Below the pieces are notes generated by a model, which saw only the letters and a program-made list of their open reading frames with translations, had not been told where the DNA came from and ran no database searches. Of a stretch of DNA of 48,922 bases, positions 36,898 to 46,062 are shown piece by piece. Source of the stretch: a virus (lineage: Duplodnaviria > Caudoviricetes); IMG/VR virus record IMGVR_UViG_3300032267_000653, positions 1-48,922 of that record; one strand, written 5' to 3'. Position 1 is the first letter of the stretch; the number at the start of each line of letters is the position of its first letter. Position numbers and translations under genes: made by a program.

Positions 36898-37035
36898 TTA
36901 GTATTTTCGCCAAGTGACTGCAACATAGTCGGTATAGCTTGTGCCGTATCTAACAAAATTCATTTGGTACGGGCTTACATGTATTGGCATAAGTGAAAGC
37001 AATTTGTATAAGCGGGATTTGTATTTGATTACCAT
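36898..37035 (-). CDS. Small hypothetical protein
   Basis: Start MVIKYK with GGAG RBS; 45 aa. Confidence 0.55.
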   Translation of the reverse strand: MVIKYKSRLYKLLSLMPIHVSPYQMNFVRYGTSYTDYVAVTWRKY

Positions 37036-37054
37036 TATAGATACTCCAGTAGGG

Positions 37055-37345
37055 TTAAGAGATTTGTTTACGATATTCATAAGGTGAATCAGCACCATGA
37101 CTATTCTGAGATAGGTAAGCAGATATACATTCCTGCGCCATAGTGTAGTCTGAGAAAATTGTAGGTTTGCCGTTTTCCTGCCCTAAATAAGTAAAGCGCA
37201 CCAAATATTTTCCGTCTTGCAGAGTATCAATAGATGCAGAGAATTTAGGGAATAGCTCCATTTGTCTCCATCCATCACCCATTATCGAATCTAAATGCTT
37301 ATAAAAGGTGGTTTCTACTTTTTTGGTTTTATAAAATACTGGCAT
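37055..37345 (-). CDS. Hypothetical protein
   Basis: 96 aa. Its leader CTTAACCCTA.TGGAGTA is shared with the downstream ORF. Confidence 0.65.
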   Translation of the reverse strand: MPVFYKTKKVETTFYKHLDSIMGDGWRQMELFPKFSASIDTLQDGKYLVRFTYLGQENGKPTIFSDYTMAQECISAYLSQNSHGADSPYEYRKQIS

Positions 37346-37412
37346 GTTATTACTCCATTAGGGTTAAGGGTTTCGGAGGATACCCTAACAATGTTAGGGT
37401 ATCCATTCCTAC

Positions 37413-37925
37413 TTAGTCGCCAATCATTCCAATATCAATACCCATTGACTCTAGGGCTTTGATAATGTTGCGTTGACAATCTTTGAGGTTATCGCTCAAT
37501 GACTCTTGGCGACGGTTGAATTTAAACAACACGGTCAACTCCTCAATGTTGCGTAGCTCGGGGCTACGGTTATGCTTAGCGTCACCTGAGGATTGGCTCT
37601 CAGTTGTTTCACCCTCAGTAGTTGGCACTACTGGCTTACCATAACGGTCAACCCTTGCGTAGTCACGGATTTGTTTCCAAGCCGTGCTAGGGTTAGAATG
37701 CCAATCTTTGATACCCTTGCGGAAACGGTCGCCCTCACCTTTTACCGCTTTGCCCTCATCTGAGGTATCGGTGTGCTTTAGTTCGAACCAGTCAAATGTT
37801 GACCACTTTTTGTTTAACAACTTAGCGTACCTAACATTTGCACCGTAGCTGGTTTCGTACTGGGCGATTACTGTATTGCGAGCCTCTTCGATTAATTGCT
37901 CTAGGTTTTCAATGATTTCTTGCAT
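37413..37925 (-). CDS. Unknown early protein, paralog B (first gene of the early arm)
   Basis: Start MQEIIE with AGGAG RBS; 170 aa; homologous to 35661-36188. Confidence 0.85.
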   Translation of the reverse strand: MQEIIENLEQLIEEARNTVIAQYETSYGANVRYAKLLNKKWSTFDWFELKHTDTSDEGKAVKGEGDRFRKGIKDWHSNPSTAWKQIRDYARVDRYGKPVVPTTEGETTESQSSGDAKHNRSPELRNIEELTVLFKFNRRQESLSDNLKDCQRNIIKALESMGIDIGMIGD

Positions 37926-37982
37926 GTTGATTACTCCTATGTAGTTTATAAAGTGCTCAGGATTTTTCGTTCCCTTAGGTTT

Positions 37983-38012
37983 ATTATACACCATTTTGTA
38001 TCACAAAATCAA
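37983..38012 (-). promoter_or_regulatory. Early sigma70-type promoter
   Basis: TTGATT, 18-nt spacer, TATAAT; same family as the other three early promoters. Confidence 0.6.
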
Positions 38013-38423
38013 GTACCCTAGAAACAATAAATACCCCATCCCCTAACAATGTTAGGGTATAAAAAAGCAAGCATACCCATGACCCCATTTTTAAAAAAGA
38101 AGTATCAGTCCACCTATACTCACTAATTTGCACATTAGATACACAATTTTAAAAAATCCCCCTTACAAAACTCTCTATAACTTGTCTACGGTACGTTAAG
38201 GTATATCTGGTTAGCAGCGTATACATAACATTAAGGGAACTTCTTGCTGCCAATTAGACCCCCCTCCCCCTACTTAAATATCCACAAGTCTCCCCACAAT
38301 TTCCCACATAGAACCCACCCCCTATCTTTTTTATTTCAATACCCCCAGGGGGGTATATATTTTTTTTGGTATATACTACTTCTGAGCGCTTTTGCTCATA
38401 CACACAACACACAGGAGTTTTAT

Positions 38424-38612
38424 ATGAATGCTTATGAACTACGCTACCAATTGCTTGAATCTGCTAAAAGCATGCTAGAGGGGCAATTTCACGCCACAAT
38501 GCACCTTTGGGATTTAACTGGTAAAGCGGGCGAACCACCAAAATTCCCTTCCTTTCAAGATATTCTTGATCGAGCTACGGAAATGAATAAGTTTATTAGC
38601 GAAAGCAAGTAA
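38424..38612 (+). CDS. Small hypothetical protein
   Basis: Start MNAYELRYQLL with AGGAG RBS; 62 aa. Confidence 0.7.
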   Translation: MNAYELRYQLLESAKSMLEGQFHATMHLWDLTGKAGEPPKFPSFQDILDRATEMNKFISESK

Positions 38613-38754
38613 ACTAACAGTGCAATCAGTCACGTGAGGGCACTGGGGGAAAGCGGGTTTAGCTTCACATATCTAGGACCGTGAGTACCCCTTTTATTTA
38701 TGTTGTGCTATAGTTCAAAAAACTGGAGCGCAACCACTTGCATTACGCCCTGCA

Positions 38755-39354
38755 ATGACAATTAATATTGAGCCTACCAAGGACATTCCACCTCCGTACG
38801 ACATGACGGATAGTCAAACTTCGTCTTTTGCTGAAGAGCTTGCGGTGGTATCTAATACCCAAGACTTACTAGAACAACTCGGTCCTCCCCCTGAGATGGA
38901 CAAGGAAGACGCTATTAAAACGGCAAATCTTTTGGAAAGTGCAGTCAAAAACCAAGACAAGGGTGCGCTCTCTAGTCCGCCTGTGGCGTTCGCAGCACGG
39001 GAGTTTTTGCGGGTATATAGCTCACGGATAGCCGCCGAGATGACGGATGTAAGATCAGCTCTTACTAATAAGCTATTAGAACTAGCTAATTGTGGAGACG
39101 CCAGGTACGAGCTAAAAGCCATTGAGCTACTGGGCAAGCACTCAGACATAGCCTTGTTCACCGAGCGATCCGAAGTCACTATTAATTACAAAGACTCAAC
39201 CGATCTGGAAACAGCAATTAAGGAAAGGGTCAAGCGCTTACTAAACGCTAAAGACATTACCCCCGAGAATGACGCCATGAGTAACCTGGACGACGCGCTA
39301 GGTATAGTAGATATGGGTACGCCAGTAGAGGTAAACAAAGATAATGCTAGCTAA
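38755..39354 (+). CDS. Putative terminase small subunit
   Basis: Directly upstream of and overlapping terL; contains LKAIELLGKH. Confidence 0.6.
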   Translation: MTINIEPTKDIPPPYDMTDSQTSSFAEELAVVSNTQDLLEQLGPPPEMDKEDAIKTANLLESAVKNQDKGALSSPPVAFAAREFLRVYSSRIAAEMTDVRSALTNKLLELANCGDARYELKAIELLGKHSDIALFTERSEVTINYKDSTDLETAIKERVKRLLNAKDITPENDAMSNLDDALGIVDMGTPVEVNKDNAS

Positions 39355-40873
39355 AGAAGTCATAGAAAATGTTACGTTAAAAGATATCCCTAAGATATTG
39401 CATCTCCTACCTGAAGGAGAGCAGCTAAAGCTATTAGAAGACTTAGACCTACTGTACAAGCTACAAGGCAAAGAGCAGGCCCAGGTTAAGTTTATGGAGT
39501 TTGTTAAGAAGGTTTGGCCTTCATTCATCGCAGGAAAACATCATGCAGACATGGCAGCAGCATTCGAGGAAGTCGCTAACGGGACTTGCAAACGGCTTAT
39601 TATTAATATGCCTCCACGTCACACAAAAAGCGAATTTGCGTCTTACTTGCTTCCTGCTTGGTTCTTGGGTAAGTTTCCACAGAAAAAGATTATTGAAACA
39701 GCCCATACTGCGGAGCTTGCTGTCGGGTTTGGACGAAAGGTACGTAACCTTGTCGACTCAGAGGTATATAAGTCTATATTCCCAAATGTTGGATTGCAGT
39801 CTGACAGTAAGGCGGCTGGAAGGTGGGCGACCAACCATGGTGGAGACTATTTTGCTATCGGTGTTGGGGGCGCTGTCACGGGTAAGGGCGCGGACGTCCT
39901 CATTATTGATGACCCTCACTCAGAACAAGAGGCAACTCTAGCCGAGACTAACTCGGATATTTACGATAAAACTTACGAGTGGTACACCTCAGGTCCTCGT
40001 CAGCGTCTGCAACCTGGTGGGGCAATCATCATCGTTATGACCCGTTGGTCTAAGAAGGACTTGACTGGTCAGGTATTAAAATCAGATGCCCAGAGGGACG
40101 GAGAAGGATGGAAGGTCATTGAGTTTCCAGCCCTATTTGACGACGACACCCCACTTTGGCCTGAGTTTTGGAGCCAAAAAGAGCTATTTGCCCTACGGGA
40201 AGAACTCCCAGTTAGTAAGTGGCAAGCCCAGTATATGCAAAGCCCCACCTCTGAGGTGTCGGCAATCATTAAAAGAGAGTGGTGGAAGAACTGGAACGAG
40301 GATACCCCACCCCAGTGTGAGTTTGTGATCCAGTCTTGGGATACGGCGTTCCTTAAAACAGAGCGCTCAGACTATTCTGCATGTACAACATGGGGAGTTT
40401 TCTATCAAGAAGATGAAACAGGACGCTCTCAAGCAAACATTATTCTCTTAAATTCGTTCAAAAAGCGGATGGAGTTTCCCGAATTAAAGCAAAAAGCGGT
40501 ACAGGAGTACAAAGAATGGGAACCAGATAGCTTAATTATTGAGGCAAAAGCGTCAGGTGCGCCTCTAGTATTTGAGCTTAGAGCGATGGGATTGCCTGTT
40601 CAAGAGTACACTCCGTCAAAAGGTAACGACAAAATCTCACGATTGAATTCAGTTGCGGATATATTTGCATCTGGTAGAGTATGGGTACCAGGAACACGCT
40701 GGGCAGATGAGTTAGTTGAAGAAGTTGCAAGCTTTCCGTCGGGTGAACATGACGACTTGGTAGACTCATTGAGTCAAGCAATGTTAAGATTTCGGCGTGG
40801 GGGCTTTATACGCTTAGATTCAGATGAAGAAGACGAGCCAATGGGTTTTCGTCGGAAGCAGCCCTATTATTAA
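39344..40873 (+). CDS. terL: Terminase large subunit
   Basis: MPPRHTKS (Walker A), IIDDP (Walker B), MTRW, SWDTA and HDDLVD nuclease motifs. Confidence 0.92.
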   Translation: MLAKEVIENVTLKDIPKILHLLPEGEQLKLLEDLDLLYKLQGKEQAQVKFMEFVKKVWPSFIAGKHHADMAAAFEEVANGTCKRLIINMPPRHTKSEFASYLLPAWFLGKFPQKKIIETAHTAELAVGFGRKVRNLVDSEVYKSIFPNVGLQSDSKAAGRWATNHGGDYFAIGVGGAVTGKGADVLIIDDPHSEQEATLAETNSDIYDKTYEWYTSGPRQRLQPGGAIIIVMTRWSKKDLTGQVLKSDAQRDGEGWKVIEFPALFDDDTPLWPEFWSQKELFALREELPVSKWQAQYMQSPTSEVSAIIKREWWKNWNEDTPPQCEFVIQSWDTAFLKTERSDYSACTTWGVFYQEDETGRSQANIILLNSFKKRMEFPELKQKAVQEYKEWEPDSLIIEAKASGAPLVFELRAMGLPVQEYTPSKGNDKISRLNSVADIFASGRVWVPGTRWADELVEEVASFPSGEHDDLVDSLSQAMLRFRRGGFIRLDSDEEDEPMGFRRKQPYY

Positions 40874-40883
40874 GGACTAGATT

Positions 40884-43364
40884 ATGGCAATGGAAAAAGG
40901 ATTATACGCAGCCCCTCTGGGTATGGAGCAGTTAGCCATGGAAGAGGAGCCTCTCGAGATTGAGATTGAGAATCCTGATGAAGTTGAAATTAATATGGGT
41001 CCCTTAAGCATTCAGATAACACCTAATGCAGAAGATGAAGATGAGTTTAGTGAGAATTTAGCAGAAGATTTAGATGAAACTGTTCTTCAGTCATTAGCTT
41101 CTGATCTTATTTCTGACTTTGAAGATGATATTGGTGCTCGCAAAGACTGGATGCAGACCTACGTCGACGGTTTAGAGCTGCTCGGTATGAAGATTGAAGA
41201 AAGAACCGAGCCATGGGAAGGCGCTTGCGGTGTATATCACCCACTATTAAGTGAAGCGCTCGTTAAATTCCAGTCTGAGACCATGATGGAAACGTTCCCA
41301 GCGTCAGGTCCAGTTAAAACAGAGATTATTGGTAAAGAAACTACTGAAAAAAAGGAAGCTGCCTTGCGTGTACAGGCAGATATGAACTACCAACTCACTG
41401 ATGTGATGAAAGAATACCGTCCAGAGCATGAAAGAATGCTTTGGGGCTTGGGTCTTTCTGGTAATGCGTTCAAAAAAGTCTATTACGATCCAGGTTTAGA
41501 GCGTCAAGCGTCTATATTTGTCCCTGCAGAAGATATTGTTGTGCCATACGGCGCAAGTAATCTTCAAACTGCAGAGCGTGTCACTCATGTAATGCGCAAA
41601 ACTAAGAATGAAATTCTTAAACTGCAAGTTGCAGGCTTCTATCGTGACGTAGATCTTGGTGATCCAGTCATGGTAATGGATGAGGTAGAGAAAAAGATTG
41701 CAGAGAAGATGGGTTTCCGTGCAACTACGGATGATCGCTTCAAACTATTAGAGATGCACGTTGATTTAGACTTACCTGGCTATGAACATAAAGATAAAGA
41801 CGGCGAGCCTACTGGTATAGCTCTACCATACGTGGTAACTATTGAGAAAGGAACCTCAAATGTTCTTTCGATTCGTAGAAATTGGCAACCTGATGACAAA
41901 ACTCATGCAAAGCGTAACCACTTTGTTCATTATGGCTATATCCCTGGTTTTGGTTTCTATTGCTTTGGTCTTATTCATCTCATCGGCGCATTTGCTAAGT
42001 CAGGAACTTCAATCCTCCGTCAGTTGGTTGATGCGGGGACACTCTCAAATCTGCCAGGTGGCTTTAAGACCCGTGGACTGCGTGTCAAAGGTGACGACAC
42101 CCCGATAGCACCAGGAGAATTCCGTGACGTAGACGTTCCAAGCGGAACAATGCGTGACAACATCTTGCCTCTTCCATATAAAGAGCCAAGCCAGACTTTA
42201 TTTGCATTGATGAATCAAATCATTGACGAAGGTCGCCGCTTTGCAGCTGCTGCTGATATGAAAGTATCAGATATGTCTGCTAACTCACCAGTTGGTACGA
42301 CATTAGCTATTCTTGAGCGTACATTGAAAGTGATGAGTGCTGTACAAGCTCGTATTCACTATTCAATGAAGGAAGAGTTCCGTTTACTTAAGAAAATTAT
42401 TGCGGATTACACCCCGCCAGACTATACGTACGAGCCAATTGAAGGTAGTCCTCGTGCCAAACGTTCTGATTACGATCAAGTAAACGTTATTCCTGTATCA
42501 GACCCCAACGCGGCAACTATGTCGCAAAAAGTAGTGCAGTATCAAGCTGCTTTACAACTAGCCCAGACTGCTCCGCAGCTGTATGACTTGCCACTATTGC
42601 ATCGTCAGATGTTGGACGTGTTGGGAATCAAAAACTTTTCTAAGCTTGTTCCAACTATCGAGGACCGCAAGCCAGAAGACCCTGTTACTGAGAACCAAAA
42701 CGTTCTTATGCAAAAGCCAGTCAAAGCTTTCTTGTATCAAGACCATCAAGCGCACATTGCTGTACATATGTCAGCTATGCAAGATCCAAAAATTCAGCAA
42801 TTGGTTGGTATGAACCCTATGGCTCAGCAAATTCAAGCTGCAATGCTAGCTCATATTAACGAGCATATTGCGTTTGGATACCGTAAAGAAATGGAAAGAA
42901 TGATGGGTGTAGAACTTCCTCCACCCAACGAAGAAAACGAAGAGGGCATTCCAGAAAATATGGAAGTCCAAATTTCGCAACTCGCTGCTCAAGCAGCGCA
43001 ACAACTCTTGCAGCAAAATCAGCAGCAAGCACAAGCGCAACAAAACGCTCAGGCGCAACAAGACCCATTGGTCCAAATGCAACAGATGGAACTCCAACTT
43101 AAACAACAAGATTTGGATATTAAGAAGCAAAAACTCATGGTGGATACTGCCGCAAGGGAGGATCAACTTGAGATCGAACGTCAACGCATAGCTTCTCAAG
43201 AGAAGATTGCAGGAATGCAAGTTGGCGCAAAAACTGCCAAAGATAAAGCCGACCTAGAAGCTAAGATGGAAATGGAAGGTTTAAAAGTTGGCGCAGAAAT
43301 CGCTCGTAATAAAGAACAACTTAAAGTTCAAGTTATGAGAGATAGTAAAAAGAAAGGTGAGTAA
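40884..43364 (+). CDS. Portal protein (P22-like, with Gln-rich helical barrel)
   Basis: 826 aa after terL, with a C-terminal Q-rich coiled coil. Confidence 0.85.
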   Translation: MAMEKGLYAAPLGMEQLAMEEEPLEIEIENPDEVEINMGPLSIQITPNAEDEDEFSENLAEDLDETVLQSLASDLISDFEDDIGARKDWMQTYVDGLELLGMKIEERTEPWEGACGVYHPLLSEALVKFQSETMMETFPASGPVKTEIIGKETTEKKEAALRVQADMNYQLTDVMKEYRPEHERMLWGLGLSGNAFKKVYYDPGLERQASIFVPAEDIVVPYGASNLQTAERVTHVMRKTKNEILKLQVAGFYRDVDLGDPVMVMDEVEKKIAEKMGFRATTDDRFKLLEMHVDLDLPGYEHKDKDGEPTGIALPYVVTIEKGTSNVLSIRRNWQPDDKTHAKRNHFVHYGYIPGFGFYCFGLIHLIGAFAKSGTSILRQLVDAGTLSNLPGGFKTRGLRVKGDDTPIAPGEFRDVDVPSGTMRDNILPLPYKEPSQTLFALMNQIIDEGRRFAAAADMKVSDMSANSPVGTTLAILERTLKVMSAVQARIHYSMKEEFRLLKKIIADYTPPDYTYEPIEGSPRAKRSDYDQVNVIPVSDPNAATMSQKVVQYQAALQLAQTAPQLYDLPLLHRQMLDVLGIKNFSKLVPTIEDRKPEDPVTENQNVLMQKPVKAFLYQDHQAHIAVHMSAMQDPKIQQLVGMNPMAQQIQAAMLAHINEHIAFGYRKEMERMMGVELPPPNEENEEGIPENMEVQISQLAAQAAQQLLQQNQQQAQAQQNAQAQQDPLVQMQQMELQLKQQDLDIKKQKLMVDTAAREDQLEIERQRIASQEKIAGMQVGAKTAKDKADLEAKMEMEGLKVGAEIARNKEQLKVQVMRDSKKKGE

Positions 43365-43555
43365 TGGATAGAACGCTTGAAGTATTGCTTATGCAATACA
43401 GGGAGAAGCGCAACCAAATAGCTGAAGCAGTTTCCAGTGGCGCAGCTAAGGATTACGCGGAGTACCGCGCACTTTGTGGTGAGGTTCGAGGACTGCTCAC
43501 TGCCGAGTCATATTTAACAGACCTTGCAAAAAAACTGGAGAATTCTGATGAGTAG
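43364..43555 (+). CDS. Hypothetical protein
   Basis: 63 aa, TAATG-coupled to the portal gene. Confidence 0.7.
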   Translation: MDRTLEVLLMQYREKRNQIAEAVSSGAAKDYAEYRALCGEVRGLLTAESYLTDLAKKLENSDE

Positions 43556-43955
43556 TATTGATTTAAGCCAAGCAGTAGATTTATCCGCCATTATGGATAA
43601 ACCTGCCGAAGAAAAAGCAAAACAACTACCTAAGCCGCAAGGCTATAGGATTCTTTGCGCCATTCCTGAAGTTGAAGATACGTTTGACAGTGGTATTGCT
43701 AAAGCCGATACAACTATAAGAAACGATGAGCTTCTGACTACGGTGTTATTCGTAGTGGACTTAGGTTCGGATTGTTACCAGGATAAAACTAGGTTCCCAA
43801 ATGGACCTTGGTGCAAGAAAGGCGATTTTATTTTAGTTCGCCCTAATGCTGGTACCCGTCTGGTTATTCATGACCGAGAATTCCGAATTATTAATGATGA
43901 CTCTGTGGAAGCAATAGTTGACGATCCACGTGGCATTAAACGTAAGTTCATTTAA
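43548..43955 (+). CDS. groES: GroES/Cpn10-like co-chaperonin
   Basis: PQGYRIL, SGI, VVDLG, KKGDFIL, AGTRL and FRIINDDSVEAIV. Confidence 0.75.
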   Translation: MSSIDLSQAVDLSAIMDKPAEEKAKQLPKPQGYRILCAIPEVEDTFDSGIAKADTTIRNDELLTTVLFVVDLGSDCYQDKTRFPNGPWCKKGDFILVRPNAGTRLVIHDREFRIINDDSVEAIVDDPRGIKRKFI

Positions 43956-43965
43956 GGAGAAAACC

Positions 43966-44952
43966 ATGGCAGATACGCAAAATGAAGAATTTCAGTTTCC
44001 TGACGAAATAGAGGAAACTAAGGGTAAACCCTTAGAAGCACAGGATGATGGTGGGTTTGAGTTAGAAATTCAAGACGATACCCCCGTAGAAGATAAAAAG
44101 GCTAAGCCTTTACCTGATGAGGTAAAAGAAGAGCTTGAAAAAGACAACCTTATGGATTATTCCAATAAGGTAAAAATGCGTCTTGAGCAGATGAAAAAGG
44201 CTTGGCATGATGAAAGACGTGCTAAAGAAGCAGCTGATAGAGAGCGTGAAGAAGCAATTAATTACGCTAAAAAGGTTTCGGAAGACAACAAAAAGCTTAA
44301 AGAACGGTACTCTGCGGGTGAAAAGGAGTACATTACTACCGCCCAAAATGCTGCCGATTTTGAGTTAGAAATAGCAAAACGATCCTATCGTGATGCGGTT
44401 GACTCTGGCGATACCGACAGAATGGTAGAGGCACAAGCCAAACTAACTGAGGCTAGCTTAAAGCAAGATAAAGTTAAAAACTTTAGACCTACTTTACAAG
44501 AAGAAGATTTTGATGTACAAATGCCTCAAACGACTCAGACTCAAGAAAGTCCGAAGATCGACCCGTTAACAGCTAAGTGGCTTGAAAAAAATACTTGGTA
44601 CGGGCCTGATGAAGAAATGACTGCCTTGGCTTTGGGTACGCATGCAAAGCTTGAAAAAGAATTTGGTAAAGGTTATATTGGTACCGAAGAGTATTTCAAA
44701 CGTATAGATAACACTATGCGCAAAAGATTCCCCGAAAATTTTTCGGAGGAAGAAACAGAAGTAGAAACGCAATCTGGGGGCGACAAGCCTAGTTTGCGCA
44801 GCGAAGCTAGAGCATCATCAGTTGTTGCACCAGCAACGCGAAGCACAGCGTCAAAAAGAATTGTGCTAAAAGCAAGCCAGGTGGCAATTGCCAAAAAACT
44901 TGGTTTGACCCCTGAGCAATATGCTCGTGAAATGCAAAAACTGGAGGCTTAA
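43966..44952 (+). CDS. Putative capsid scaffolding protein
   Basis: Acidic coiled coil with C-terminal AKKLGLTPEQYA; AAGGAG RBS. Confidence 0.7.
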   Translation: MADTQNEEFQFPDEIEETKGKPLEAQDDGGFELEIQDDTPVEDKKAKPLPDEVKEELEKDNLMDYSNKVKMRLEQMKKAWHDERRAKEAADREREEAINYAKKVSEDNKKLKERYSAGEKEYITTAQNAADFELEIAKRSYRDAVDSGDTDRMVEAQAKLTEASLKQDKVKNFRPTLQEEDFDVQMPQTTQTQESPKIDPLTAKWLEKNTWYGPDEEMTALALGTHAKLEKEFGKGYIGTEEYFKRIDNTMRKRFPENFSEEETEVETQSGGDKPSLRSEARASSVVAPATRSTASKRIVLKASQVAIAKKLGLTPEQYAREMQKLEA

Positions 44953-44954
44953 AA

Positions 44955-45404
44955 ATGGCTAATACTAAACTTGCTCGCGAATTAGATACACGTGAAATGA
45001 CTGTACGCCCTATGCAGTGGCAACAGCCAGAGTTGCTACCTGAACCTGATAAACAGGCTGGGTACGCATACCGATGGATTCGTGTTTCAACTCTTAACAC
45101 TGCGGACCCTAGAAACCTTTCAGCAAAACTGAGAGAAGGATGGGAACCTGTAAGACTTGAAGAACAACCCAAATTTCAACTGCTAGCTGATCCCAATAGT
45201 CGTTATAAAGACAACATTGAGATTGGTGGATTGTTACTTTGCAAAACTCCACTTGAGTTTGTTGAACAGCGTAATTCACATTACTCTAAACAAGCAGATG
45301 CTCAAATGAATGCTGTAGAGAACACTCTTATGCGTCAAAGTGATCCTCGTATGCCTATCTTCAATGAAGGTAAAACTACAAGTAGCTTTGGCAAAGGTGG
45401 TTAA
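44955..45404 (+). CDS. Hypothetical head-module protein
   Basis: 149 aa, GGAGG RBS, YRWIR...EGWEPV motif. Confidence 0.7.
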   Translation: MANTKLARELDTREMTVRPMQWQQPELLPEPDKQAGYAYRWIRVSTLNTADPRNLSAKLREGWEPVRLEEQPKFQLLADPNSRYKDNIEIGGLLLCKTPLEFVEQRNSHYSKQADAQMNAVENTLMRQSDPRMPIFNEGKTTSSFGKGG

Positions 45405-45426
45405 TTTTTAATTTTAGGAGATTCAA

Positions 45427-46050
45427 ATGGCTTATCCAACCGTTAATGCTCCCTACGGCTTACGCCCAATCAACAGCGTGGATGGTAAACCCTACGCTGG
45501 TGCAACCCGTCAGTTACCAATTGCGAGTACTTATAACACTCCAATCTACTACGGTGATATTGTGGCTTTGGTCGATGGTGGCACTATTGCAGTATCAGGC
45601 GTTACAAACGACTCTACAACTTCAGCTGCTAACTACACTTATGGTGTATTTATGGGCTGCCAGTATGTAAATGGTCAAAGTCAAACAGTACAGGCTCAAT
45701 ACTATCCTGGCAATGCTGCTGCTACTAGCGCTATTGCTTATGTAGTTGACGATCCTATGGCTGCTTTTCAGGTAGCTGTTGTATACGCAAACAGCGTTGT
45801 TACTACTGTTAACCAAAGTATTGTTGGTGTAAACATGGCGATTGACCAAGGTACTGGTGATGCAACTACTGGTAACTCTGGTATGGGCGTTCTTGTAGCT
45901 ACCGATAATGCAGGTAACGCAGCAACATTACCTGTTCGTGCTGTTTCTGTAGTTCCAGGCACTGCCACCACTGCTGGTTATGTAGAGGTAGTAGTTAAGT
46001 TAAACAACCCGCAGATTCTCCGAGCCACTGGCTTGGATTACGCAGCTTAA
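45427..46050 (+). CDS. Putative capsid decoration/cement protein
   Basis: A/T/V/G-rich beta protein immediately upstream of the major capsid gene. Confidence 0.55.
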   Translation: MAYPTVNAPYGLRPINSVDGKPYAGATRQLPIASTYNTPIYYGDIVALVDGGTIAVSGVTNDSTTSAANYTYGVFMGCQYVNGQSQTVQAQYYPGNAAATSAIAYVVDDPMAAFQVAVVYANSVVTTVNQSIVGVNMAIDQGTGDATTGNSGMGVLVATDNAGNAATLPVRAVSVVPGTATTAGYVEVVVKLNNPQILRATGLDYAA

Positions 46051-46062
46051 GGAGCTTAAAAA

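Larger units (their letters stand above)
25700..38056. repeat. Dispersed palindrome (C)CTAACAWTGTTAG(G), 25 copies
   Basis: 15-mer starts: 25700, 26166, 27096, 28133, 29068, 29362*, 30383, 30929, 31329*, 31668, 31788*, 32254, 32787, 33351, 34046, 34376, 34911*, 35136, 35314, 35590, 36200, 36702, 36843, 37384, 38042 (* = one mismatch in the 13-mer). All share TAACAWTGTTA. Confidence 0.97.

Noticed and set aside
36678-36956. 92-aa minus-strand ORF
   Set aside because: It runs through a terminator, two palindromes and the 45-bp repeats, and has no RBS. Likely spurious.
37926-37994. Longer start for paralog B
   Set aside because: It overlaps the predicted -10 box. The RBS and the alignment with paralog A support 37925.
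25700-38056. Palindrome series as a CRISPR array or REP/MITE family
   Set aside because: The units are only 13-15 bp, irregularly spaced 0.1-1 kb apart and mostly in-frame inside genes. There are no uniform spacers, cas operon, transposase or target duplications.
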